Positions 23,401 through 35,871 of a DNA stretch of 64,000 bases are shown one piece after another. The notes under the pieces were generated by a model. That model did no database searches and had not been told where the DNA came from. It was given only the letters and a program-made list of their open reading frames with translations. Source of the DNA: Squalus acanthias (Eukaryota); assembly GCA_030390025.1 (NCBI GenBank), contig CM059438.1, forward strand, positions 64,854,001 through 64,918,000, written 5' to 3'. Position 1 is the first letter of the stretch, and each line of letters begins with the position of its first letter. A program made the position numbers and the translations under genes.

Positions 23401-23723
23401 ATGCATACCTTGTGAAAGATGGCTTTAAATATAGTCCAGTTCTCCTGCTCCTGTGGACGCCTACTATTGAAGTGTTTGATCCCCAATAAAGAGTCTCTCA
23501 CTTGATTTCAACTTAGACAGGCATGGTGTTATGTGGTAATACTTGAACATAATTGTGGTTTTCCTGCTCAGCTACCTCTTGATCAGAAGGCATGGAGTCA
23601 TTTCCTGATGGTCTTGGGAGTTGAGTGGCTTTTTTTTCAGAAGTATTTTAGCAGTGCCTTCCCATGGAGGTTTCCACATCATTTTTGCTTTGATGATAAT
23701 GCATCTATCCACATCTATATAAT

Positions 23724-25569
23724 GGGCTAAAAATTTGCGGTCGGCGGCGTGGCTCCGGAGTTCGCCGCCAACCTGCGAAAAGAATACACACTTACCTTCA
23801 GTGAGGCCCGGAATGGAGACTTCCTCTTCAGCGCTGCAGAGTTCTGCGCAGCTTTTGACATCGGGATGGCCAGGAGCGCAGCATACAGCCAATGCGAAAG
23901 CAAGACACGCCCACAAACGCTGTCAAAAATAAGCCACGCGCACAGAAATTTCACTCAGTCTTTTACATTGAAATTACATTTTATTACCTTTTAAAACTTT
24001 CTAAAAACTTTTAATGAAACTGGTACTTTAACTTATTTCATATGTCAGCATTTTGGTTTTTTTTTCATCCAAACTCACAATTTATTAGTCTCTATGTATA
24101 CAACTTCCTGTTTAGATAATCAGTAAAGGTCTAACACTCCTACATAGCCTTATTGCTACTTTTATGTCACTGCAAATTTACAAGGCCCTTGATGCTGTAA
24201 AAGCACTAATAGGGTTGTAGTCATTTCTTAAGTTGAGGTGATGTGGAAAGTAGATGTTGTTTTCTCAAATTTTACTGGTGTGTAGAGTTGAATGAGATAT
24301 CGGGACTTGTTTCTCTATCGCCTTCCACCTGCGGCTCTTGTACAGACAGAGCAGGCTGGACTTCAAAATCTAATCGGACTATTTAAACTGAACCTGTTAG
24401 AAGTAGAGCGCGGTCACTGATAGAATAGAATGTATCGGAGTCTGGGGTCAATTTACAGAAAACGGGCATATTTTATTCAAATTTGTCATTCATTGGGATC
24501 GTATGAAGTGAATCTTGAAATGGTTTCTTTAATTTGTAGAAGTTTCATTTAATACATATTTTGGGTTGTTTGCTTGATTTTAAGTTCCATCAATTCTAAT
24601 AGGGTTTCAATACTCCATTTCTGTCGGTGACCGTGAACGCGTTTAGAATATTTGACATCTGATTAACACTTATTTTAAATTCCTAGTTGATATTTCTGTC
24701 AAACTTAGATTTAAAACCAACATCAAACACAAATACCGCAGCAGTTTGTTTTATTTTGTCCCCTGCGGCTCTTTTACAGACAGAGCCGACTGCAGTTGAA
24801 ATTCTAATCGGTTTATTTAAACCGAGCATGCTGGAAGTAAACGCGGGTCGCTGTTAGGACAGGAATTCAGGCTCCTACGCTTTCAGCAACCGTAAGAGTT
24901 TTGTCTGTAATTGCTGGGCAGTTGGTGGGCAAAATTGCCCAACTCTGCACCAGCAATTGTAAATTCCTCAGCGATTCGGATGATGTGGCTCAGTGGGTAG
25001 CACACTCGCCTCTGAGTCAGAAGGTTGTGGGTTCAAGTCCCACTCCAGAGACTTTGAGCACATAAGTCTAGGCTGACACTGCAGTGCTGAGGGAGTGCTG
25101 CACTATCAGAGGTGCCGTCTTTCGGATGAGACATTAAACTGAGGCCTACGTCTGCTCTCTCAAGTAGATGTAAAAGATCCCATGGCAGTATTTTCGAAGA
25201 AGAGTAGGGGAGTTTTCCCCGGTAACATAACAAAAACAGATTATCTGGTCATTATCACATTGCTCTTTGTGGAACCTTGCTGTGTGCAAATTGGCTGCCG
25301 CGTTTCCCACATTACAACAGTAACTACACTCCAAAAAGTGCTTAATTGGCTGTAAAGTGCTTTGAGATGTCTGGTAGTCATGAAAGGCGCTATATGAATG
25401 CAAGTCTTTTTCTTTATCTGTCAAGGTGTACCTTGGCAGATCGCAAGTTCGGGATTCAACGCATGTGCAAGCGCTTGCGGAAATCCTGAAATTGTGGTGT
25501 ATTTCACCCTGGTTACATGGTCACAGGTATCTCAGAGTACGCTGTCATACCCACGGCAAAATCCAGGCC
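23724..25569. mobile_element. Probable Harbinger-type non-autonomous element (ends uncertain) hosting a SINE
   Basis: Left end GGGCTAAAAATTT resembles the other TIRs and is followed by CpG-rich subterminal sequence; the right end AAAATCCAGGCC is tentative. Confidence 0.4.
24985..25415 (+). mobile_element. Deu-domain SINE (SacSINE1-like), full length
   Basis: A/B boxes, Deu core GGTGCCGTCTTTCGGATGAGAC, tail. Confidence 0.9.
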
Positions 25570-27671
25570 TATATACTTTCAAAAGAAAATTTGATAAATA
25601 CTTGAAGGGGAAAAAAAGTACAGGGTTATGGGAAAGGGCAAAGAAGTGGGACTAATTAGTTACTTCTACCAAAGAGCCGGCACGGATATGATGGGCTGAA
25701 TGGCCTACCTCTGTGATGTATCATTCTATGATTCTATGATATTAAAAATTTAAATGTGCGTACATTTCCTGTCAACATTTTCCATTATAAATTCCTAAGT
25801 TCCTAATTATAAGAGAAAATGCCTACGTAAATTTGTCACACTGCAACTATACCCTCTGCTCATAGTGGTGCCATTTTTGTTGTCACTACTTTTGGTCACA
25901 CTTTTCTGTTAACATTTAGCATTGTAAATTGCTGCAACAACGTTTCCCAATCAATTTTGCTATGTGAACTGTCACGGTGTAGTTGCAGGTTCTGGCCTCT
26001 AGGTGGCTTTGTGGCGTCCCCTTCCTACCTCTTCCTTTCCACCTCCATCTCTTCCCTTCCCAACTTCATTTCAGTCTTGCATATAAAAAAAAAACTTATA
26101 TTTAACAACTGACTGGGCAACATTGCAGTCAAATTCCAAATTTAATGATGTGTTTTGAAACAGTTACATAAATAAGATTTAAATTTGCAAATCATTCAGT
26201 ATATTTCAGTTAACGGGAGAGTAGATATATTATTCTACAGGTACTGCATGTTGAATGACACACCCCTGACTCTATGGGTGACTCATTCATGGAGTTATTT
26301 TCAAATTGCTCATCGGTTTCCTTACACAAGAGATCGCATAGAATTACGTAGCATTTACAGCACAGAAGCAGGTTATGCAGCCCAACTGGTCCATGCTCCT
26401 CTCGAGCCTCCTCCTACCCCTCTTCATATAACTCTATCAGCATAACCTTCTATTCCTTTCTCTCTTGTGTGTTTATCTAGCTTTCTCTTAAATGCATCTC
26501 TGCTATTCACTTCAACTACTCCTCGTGGTAGCGAGTTCCACATTCTAACCACTCTCTGGGTAAAGAAGTTCCTCCTGAATTGCCCATTAGCTTTATTGAT
26601 CAATCAGACCAGGTATACAATACAAAGGGAGCAAGGTTGAAAGCAGTAGGCTTAATTTGATCTTATTATAATGAATTGTACAGTCTGCACCAGTGTAAGG
26701 CAGTGAGATGATTGCCATTTCTAATACTTAAAGTGATTGAGGATGGAAAGTCAATAGGTTCCTTTTGTATTAAAACTGTGATCAGTCTGCTGTTCTGCTT
26801 CACCCTTTCAGGAAGGAAAGCACAGAGGAAGTACATTTACCCCAGCCATTTAATTACCGTGTGAATTATTTATTTTACCCTTCAGTGCTTTTTGCAGGCT
26901 TTTCTCCAATCTTAAATCTAACAATCCAGCATGGAGAGATCAGGATTACAGCAGGGAAGGAAAAAAAAAGAAATGTATTTATATCAAGAAAAAGAATCAA
27001 TTTGCATTGCTCTGTTGAAACAATTAGGGTTCGTGCAGTCAGTCAATTGATTTATTTCCCCAGGTAAAACCATCACCCCTTGCCTCCAGAGATGAAGTAA
27101 AGCAGTTGCTAGCTGCGCTTATCCTATCACAGTGAAAGAACCTGGAAGTAATTCTCATTAAATGTGCATTGCTGTTTGCCCGTTGCCTCAGGAAAGGTCC
27201 TACCTGGGGCGTCACTGGCAAAAAGGCCAGTATGTGCTGGGTTAGCTGAAATCAGCTGGTTCAATGGCAAGTGTACTGCGACTGGACCTGGGTTAGGGAG
27301 GAGGGGAAAATTTGTATCAGCGTTCCAAATCCTGATTGCTGCCCAGTTATCTCTGCCAGAAAGCGCACGTGTTTGATTGGCTTTGCTGTCATATTGTCCA
27401 CAAACTGCCGGTGAGGAAAGGGGCCCTGTTCACTAGCTGTGAAGATCTGTTCATGTTGAATAGTGGGCCTGAACTCTCCAGGCTACCACAAGAAGAAGAA
27501 TCACTTGGTTAAACTACTGAGGGTTGCTGTGGAACTGTACACCATCAAGTGTTCATGTCTTCAGAAAAGGAGAGAAAGTTGGGGAGGAGAAGGGTTTTAT
27601 TTTCTGATCAACCATTTCTGTAATGTATGTGCCTTACTTGTTTACTGACTAAGCATACTATATGCCTATCT

Positions 27672-27937
27672 CACCACCTAGAAGGACGAAGGCAGCAGGT
27701 GCACGGGAACACCATCACCTCCAAGTTCCCTCCAAGTTTCCCACTATTGCCAACTTGGAGATATATCGGCGTTCCTTCATCGTCGCTGGGTCAAAATCCT
27801 GGAAGTCCCTACCCAACAGCACTGTGGGAGAACCTTCACCACACAGACTACAGCGATTCAAGGAGAAGGTCCACCACCACCTTCTTGAGGGCAACTAGGG
27901 ATGGGCAATAAATGCCGGCCTTGCCAGCGACGCCCAC
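27672..27937 (+). mobile_element. CR1-like LINE 3' end, second family
   Basis: Matches 21520-21783. Confidence 0.85.
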
Positions 27938-30081
27938 AAACTGGCATGTGTTAGCCACAATGTCAAGAGAGAAGGAATGGTTTCCCAATAAAGAACAACT
28001 GAAGAAAGCACTGGGCACTATGTAATAGTAATAAGAGTTTGTGTGAAGAACTTTTCTCTCAGGTCTAAGGAAAGTAGAGAAGATTTCTAAGATGAACCTG
28101 TGTTAGCAGAGCTCGAAGGTATCAGCAGAGTGAATGCTGAGAGCAAAGATGCAGGCATCGGCAGATGAGGCACTAAAGACAGAAGGTACAGACATCGATA
28201 AAGGTGGCATTAAAAACAAGAATCAGCAGAGGATATAAACCAGAATCAGTCAACAATCTAATGGTAAGCAAGCACCTACCTAGGTAACAGTGACCTTAAT
28301 ATGATGGAATTTAATATTAGATTTGAGAGGGAGAAGGGTGAGTCACAAACCAAGGTTTTAAATTTAAATTTGACTTTGAAGGGGCGAGACAGAAATTGAC
28401 CACATTAAACTGGCCGATAATGTTAACGGGTATAAATTCAGATGAACAATGGGAGGTGTTCAGTACAATACAAGACCTGTACATTCCTCTAAAGGGCAAG
28501 AGTCTACTTCTGTAATTAAACAACCTTGGTCAAGAAAAGAGATGAGGGATAGTCTAAAACTAAAATAAAGGACTTGCACAAATGCAAAGAATAGTGGAGA
28601 TCCCACGGACTGTGGGGGATATAAAGAACAACAAAGGAATACAAAGAAAGTAGTAAGAGTTTCAAAGTGAGAATATGGATAAACCTTATGAGAGATATCA
28701 AGGATAACACTAAAAGTTTTTACAAGTATATTAACAGAGAGTGGCTCAGGGTAATGTGAGCCCCTTAAAGACAGGTTATATTGTAATTGAGAATATGGAA
28801 ATGGCAGACTTGCTAAATAATTACTTTGTATCAGTCTTTACAGCACCAGAGATAGGAGGAATACTAAAAATAAATCAAGGGCAGGAACTTACTAGATTTA
28901 ATATAAGTTTAAAAAAATGGTAATGGAGAAAATAATGAGACTAACGATTAATAAATCTCCAGGACCTTATGGTTTCCACCCCAGGGTATTAAAAGAAGTA
29001 GGGAGGAAATTGCAGATGTGTTAGTCATGATCTTCCAAAACTCTCAGGAATTGCTCCCCTTGGATTGGAAAATTGCCCAAAGTCAGTCTATTATTTACAG
29101 GGGATTGGAGATAGACTATCTCCTGGTTTCTAATGTTTGTTGCGGGGATGTTACTAGAATCTATTATTAGGGACAAAGTGACTGAGCACTTGGACAAACA
29201 TGAACTGATCAGAGAGAGCCAGCATGTATTTGTAAAGGATAAGTCATGTCTAACTAACCTAGTTGAATTTTTTGAGGAGGTAACTAATGTGGTAGATGTC
29301 TGTGGATGTTATTTATATGGACTTTCAGAAGGCATTTGATAAGGTTCCACACAAGAGACTATTAGCAAAAATGAGAGTGCATGGAATTGGAGGCAACATG
29401 AGTAGGGAATTGGTTAGGAGGTAGGAGACAGAGAGTAGGGATAATGGATATTTACTATAGTGTGGCCTCAGCTTTTCACTATATTTATCAGTGACTTAGA
29501 TGAAGTAATAGAGAGCCATTTATCCAAGTTTGCTGATGACACTAAGTTAGATGGCACAGTAGATAGTGTAGATGGGAGCAGAAATTTGCAAAGGGACATT
29601 GATAGATTGAGTGAGTGGGCAAAACTGTGGCAGATGGAGTTCAATGTGGGGAAGTGTGAGGTCATCCACTTTGGACCTAAGAAAGATAGTTCAGAGTATT
29701 TTCTAAATGGTAAATGCCAGTAACTATGGATGAGCTGAGAGATTTAGGAGTCCAAGTACAGAAATGACGAAAAACTAATGGACAGGCACAAAAAATAATT
29801 TAAAAAGGCTAATGGAATGTTAGCCTTTATCTCAAGTAGTCTGGAATACAAAGAGGTGAAAGTTATGCTACAGTTGTATAAAGCTCTGGTTAGATCCCAT
29901 CTGGAGCACTGAGTTTAGTTCTGGGCACTGCACCTCAGGAAGGATATATTGGCCTTGGAGGGGGTGCAGCGCAGATTCACCAGAATTATACCGGGGCTAA
30001 AAGGGTTAAATTATGAGGGCAGATTGCATAGACTAGGCTTGTATTCCCTTGGGTATAGAAGATTAAAGTGTGACCTAATTT

Positions 30082-31693
30082 ATAGAATCATAGAATGATT
30101 ACAGTACAGAAGGAGGCCATTCGGCCCATCGGGCCCGTGCTGACTCTCTGCAAGAGCACTTCAGCTAGTCCCACTACACCCCACCCTTTCCTGCAGCCCT
30201 GCAATTTTTTTTCCTTCAGGTACTTATCCAATCCTCTTTTGAAAGCCACGATTGAATCTGCCTCCACCACCCTTTCAGGCAGTGCATTCCAGACCATAAT
30301 CACTCGCTGCACAAAAATGTTTTTCCTCATGTTGCCTTTGATTCTTTTGCCAATCACCTTAAATCTGTGTCCTTTGGTTCTCTTCCCTTCCGCCAATGGG
30401 AACAGTTTCTCTCTATCTACTCTGTCAAGGCCCCTCATGATTTTGAACACCTCTATCAAATCCCTCTCAATCTTCTCTGCTCTGAGGAGAACAACCCCAG
30501 CTTCTCCAGTCTATCCACATAACTGAAGTCCCTCATCCCTGGAACCATTCCAGTAAATCTTTTCTGCACCCTCTCTAAGGCCTTCACATCCTTCCTAAAG
30601 TGCAGTGCCCAGAATTGGACACAATACTCCAGTTGAGGCCGAACCAATGTTTTATACAGGTTCATCATAACTTCCTTGCTTTTGTACTCTATGGACTGGA
30701 TTTTCTCAATGGAGATAAGTTGGAGGCAGGACTGCTGCTTGTCGTGTCAATGTCCCGCCTCCATCTTCGTCTGACCAACCAGAGGGATTTTCCCCTGATT
30801 GACCTTGTTAAGCCCGCCTTGCGGGCTCAGCAGGCCAATTAGGGAGGAAGTCACTGACAGAGCACGTCAACGTCAGACTGTGAAACTGTCAAACACTGAC
30901 ATGCTCTGTAGTTTGATGAGTCCTTGTGTTCAGGACTCATCAAACCTTTCAACTTTGTATTTAATGCCTTTCCCACCTCCAGGAGACGGGACCCGAAGCA
31001 GCACATCTTCCCGCCTCCTGGAAAAAGGACACGGAGGTGGGATGGGGGCAGGTTTGCCATCCGCCCCCACTTTCTGCAGTCCCACCTCCATGCCCGCCTC
31101 CTCGGGGCTTGGAAAATCCAGCCCTTTGCCTCTATTCATGAAGCCCAGGATCCAGTATGCTTTTTTAACTGCTTTTTCAACCTGCCCTGCCACCTTCAAC
31201 GATTTGTGCACATATATCCCCAGGTCTCTCTGTTCATGCACCCGCTTTAGAATTGTACCCTTTAGTTTATATTGCCTCTCCTCATTCTTCCTACCAAAAC
31301 GTATCAGTTCGCACTTTTCTGCATTAATATTCATCTGCCATGTGTCTGCCCATTCCACCAGCCTGTCTATGTCCTCCTAAAGTCTATCACTATCATCCTC
31401 ACTGTTCACTATACTTCCAAGTTTTGTGTCACCTGCAAATTTTGAAATTGTGCCCTGTACACCCAAGTCCAAGTCATTAATATATATCAAGAAAAGCAGT
31501 GATCCTAGTACTGACCCCTAGGGAACACCACAGTGTACCTTCCTCCAGTCCAAAAAACAACCGTTCACCACTACTCTCTGTTTCCTGTCACTTAGCCAAT
31601 TTTGTATCCATGCTGCCACTGTCTCTTTTATTCCATGGGCTTCAACTTTGCTGGCAAGCCTATTACGTGGCACTTTATCAAACGCCATTTGGA
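30082..31693 (-). mobile_element. CR1 LINE 3' portion (same family as 10598-11940)
   Basis: LYKTLVRPQLEYCVQFW, RRLRG, WNALPERVVEA, (ATTCTATG)n tail. Confidence 0.92.
30693..31124. mobile_element. Harbinger-type MITE inserted in CR1
   Basis: TIR GGACTGGATTTTC / GAAAATCCAGCCC; interrupts CR1 TGTACTCTAT|GCCTCTA with TAT/TTT flanks. Confidence 0.85.
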
Positions 31694-34375
31694 AATTGAG
31701 GTGTTTAAAAGGATTAAAGGATTTGATAGGGCCGATAGAGAGAAACTATTTCCTCTGGTAGGGGAGTCCAGAATAGGTGGGCATAACCTCAAAATTAGAG
31801 CTAGCTGTTCAAGGGTGTTCCTTCACACAAAAGTTAGTGGAAATCTGGAACACTCTCCCCCAAAAAGGTATTTTGATAAAACTGAGATTGATAAATTTTT
31901 GTGAGGTAAGGGTAATAAGTATGTGGAATTAAGGCGGGTAAATGGAGTTAAGATACAGATCAGCCGTGATCTAATTGAATGGCGGAACAGGCTTGAGGGG
32001 CTGAATGGCCTGCTCCTGTTCCTATGTTCCTATGCTGAGGGCAATGTGTACAGCCATCAGCAATGGGACAAAGAGAGCAACAGTGCAGGTGTTGGCAGAG
32101 GAGACAACAAGAGCAGAAAGCATAGACATCAGCAAAGGATATACTAAGAGTATAAGTTACAAGATTCAGCAAAAGAGCAACACTTCTGCGCAAAATAAAA
32201 GACGGCCTAAGAGACTTGTTCAAATCAATTCATTTCATTTTCATTAATGGTACAGCATTGTAATAGAAATCACGGGAGCAGAATGGTCAAAATCCGAAGT
32301 TCAAAATGATGTCCAGGGAGGTGAGAGATTGAAGCAAAGATTTAAGGATTTAGTGCAGTGAAATCTTCAATGAAGAATATATATATAATTTTATCTAAAG
32401 AACAATGTGCTTATATTTTGCAAAAACTCTTGTTAAAATAGCAGTTTCAATCCTGGGATATGTGCACCCGGGGAGAAAGACGGGGAAACACTTCATTTTT
32501 CTTGTTTTTTCAGAGCTAATTTATAGCGCAGTTGCATTATGGATGGTGCCGAAGTGAGAATTGTTCCTGGCAGTCTCCTGCTGTGTTATTTGATTTCTGT
32601 CCGTTGCACTGTATGATAGCCGACAGGTGATGATGGCCCCATGGGGCTAGCAACTCAGAGGTCGTGGGCTAAAATCCCACCGTGGGATGTTGTGAAATTG
32701 CCAACTTGTGGGCTGACACCAGAGAAACGATTATGGAAGATGCTGGATTGTTGTAAAAAAAACAATTGGGTCGCGAATGTTCTTCACCCCCGCCCCGCCC
32801 CTAACTCCTGTCAGACAACATGGTTGACTCTTGATGCCCTCACAGTAACTAAGGACGGGCAGGAAATGGTGCCTTGCCAGTGTCCCAATAACAGTACTAC
32901 CAATATGTTCACATTTTGATTGCTAACTGCTGGACAGGCTGAATGGATTGTATCTGTCACAAATAAAGATGCACAGGAAGGACACATTCCTTTTTTTTGG
33001 TTACACGGTGAAGATTCAGAAATTGGGAGAAAACCGGAAACGAGTTGACAAAGAGAAAAAGCAAAACAAGATTGTACCACTGAGAATCTTCTGACATGTA
33101 TTAAACCAGTCAGCAGATCAAGGTATTTCATTTGTATTCTTGTCAAACATTCAATGCAGTGGCCAGGCATTGTATAATGTAGAAAGTATTGATGTTCAGT
33201 GATTCATGTGCTATGAAAGCCAGGAAGCAGGAGGAGGTCTTGGCTCCATTGAGACTAATGCTTCTTTGTTCAGTTGGAGTTTTTCCGCTGGTAAGTAGCA
33301 TGTCATGCTTCAACTTTGTAAAGGCAATTGGAGGGAGACTCCCCATGTCTAAAGTTTTATCCCATGGCTCCCCTGTGTATGGTAGAACAGCAAGCTATCG
33401 GTCTAGTATTTCTGCAGGGCATGATGGTGGGAAGAACCTATTCTGTTATCGTGGAAATAATTCCTTCCGACTGCCATTATAAACCCACATCAAAATTTTA
33501 TGATTCAATCTCTTGCAATGTTGCATGTGGATGCCTTGTTAGTGTCCTGCTCTGATTTGATCAAAGGATTCCAATGTGCTACTGCGCTCCAGGTGATAGA
33601 CTCACCTAAGTCTAGCTCACCTAAGGTGTTGGATAGGTGCCAGGAGGAGTTAGCTGTGGCCTTTATATTCCACACACACTGTCTACAAATACACACTTTT
33701 ATGTAGCACTGTAGCTCTGTGTCTGCAATATGTATTTATGTGCTGGGCTAATTCTTGGTGTCTGCAGTAGGTAATTTATAAGTGCCTCGAGTCTGCTCAC
33801 AGCCAAATGGAAAGATTCCTGTTTCCAAACACTTGGGCTGCAATTTTGCTGGTGCTCAGAGTGTGGGTTCGGAGGCGGGTCCACTGTCAAAATCGACATG
33901 ATTGACAGCGGGTTGGGAGCCCGCTCCGCACCCACCTCCATGTAAGTTTCCAAAGTGTCGGGTCTGCGATTTCAGAACAGAACCGACACCAAGCGGTGGG
34001 GGAGGCATTTAAGGTAGTTAACTGCTTGTTAAACGCTTGTTAACTACTATTTTGCCAGCCTATTTCTATTTTAGCACATTTTTAATGAGGTTCACGTCGT
34101 TCAGGGATCACGTCAGGTAAGCCGGTTGGGAGTTCAATCGAGCTGAATAGCTCACAGCTGCAAACGTAGTATAAAAGCTAACATTTCACATCTGTTTACT
34201 TTCCAATGTCAGAATTTGCTGATTTCAGGATTTGGAAGGCACATTTGATCTTTATTGAGGCTGTAAGTGTGTGGTGTTAACCTTATATCCACTGTCACCT
34301 CCTTCGAATAATTCCTCTCTCCATTGATGGATTGCTTTTAACATCTCATCCTCACCTGTCATATGTAACAGCAGA

Positions 34376-35595
34376 ATGGGAACGATTTATACTGTCTCAC
34401 CCTGGTCCTCAGAATCTGACCACGATCAGCCACAGCAGCAGAACCAGGCACACCAGCAGCACCAACAACAAGAGCGTCAACCTTCTCCTCAACCACCTGC
34501 TGCTGCACAGGGCAGAGGCCTTCAGCGCAGGGCTGCACCACGCCGCAGGAGATACCCCAAACACAGGGTTTACAGGCAGAGGATGAGCTTCCTCAACATG
34601 ACTGAGCAGCAGTGCCAAAGGAGGCTGAGACTATCGTGACAGGTAGTCGCAGACATTTGCACAATGCTCGATCAAGAACTGCAGCCCAGAGGAGCGGGTG
34701 GACACGCCATACCAGTGGCTGTCAAAGTCACCACCGCACTCAACTTCTTTGCGTCAGGCTCCTTCCAGGGATCAGCAGCAGACATTAGCGGCGTCACCCA
34801 GTCGTCCGCCCACAGATGCATCACGCAGGTCACCGATGCCCTCTTTGACAAGTCCGCCAATTACATCCATTTTTCCACTGATGATGTCAGTGTTACCGAG
34901 CGGCTGCTCGGCTTTGTCAATCAGGCTGGCTTCCCACGGGTGCAGGGCGTCATCGACTGCACCCATGTGGCCATCAGGGCACCCCATCAGAACCCAGCAG
35001 TATTTGTCAACCGCAAGGGCTTCCACTCCCTTAACGTGCAGCTGGTGTGCAACCACAGGAAGAGCATCATGCATGTTTGTGCCAAGTTCCCTGGCAGCTG
35101 CCATGACTCTTACATCCTGCGCCAGTCCACTGACCCTCAGCTCTTCGCACTGCCAAGCGAACTTTCCGGCTGGGTCCTTGGAGACAAGGGCTATCCCCTG
35201 AAGACGTAGCACATGACACCTTAGAGGAGGCCATCAAACGAGTCTGAGGAGCGTTATAATCAAAGCCACATTGCCAACAGAAGTCTGAGAGAGCAAACAA
35301 TAGGGTTGCTCAAAATGCGCTTCAGATGCCTGGACAGATCTGGTGGAGCCCTTCAGTACGCACCAGCCAGGGCCTCAGAATCGTCGTTGTCTGCTGTGCC
35401 CTGCACAACATCGCACTGCAGTGAGGATTAGTGCTGCATGAGGCACAAGGCACAGAGTGCACAGCCTCTTCAGAGGAGGAGGAGGAGCAGAATGAGGTTC
35501 ACATGGAGGAGCTGGCTGTCCCAATGCAACCAGAACGTGAGCACATTGCTGCCCATGATGCCAGGGATGGTCTAATCAATGCCAGATTCACCTAA
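34376..35595 (+). pseudogene. Harbinger DDE transposase (HARBI1-like), disrupted
   Basis: Q-rich N-terminus, [64 protein letters not shown]; in-frame stops at 34637 and 35207. Confidence 0.92.
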
Positions 35596-35871
35596 CTTTC
35601 TGCAGCACAGAAAAGTGGCTGCCACATGCGCATGAAGGTTGGCATCACCCCACTTCAACACCATAGAGCATCTATACAATGAACTGTGCATTCCTTGCAC
35701 TGTCACCACCAATGCGGGACATAAAAGGCGCCCTTACCCTTCACTCTGCCACTCGCAATTGTGAGCACACATATGGCAATGAATGCAAACATTCAGAAAA
35801 ATATTAATTTATTACAACAAAGTAAAAGAACATTAATTTATAACAAATCATCCAAGTGACTACCCTTGTGA

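Larger units (their letters stand above)
28260..32032 (+). mobile_element. CR1 LINE ORF2 (decayed), split by an antisense CR1 at 30082-31693
   Basis: ADLLNNYFVSVFT, SQH, SKFADDTKL, WQMEFNVGKC; breaks at GACCTAATT (~30080) and resumes at AATTGAGGTGTTTAAA (~31695). Confidence 0.9.

Noticed and set aside
34664..35209. Host HARBI1 gene
   Set aside because: Lies between TIRs with a TSD, has premature stops and has a paralogous copy in the window: a transposon, not the domesticated gene.
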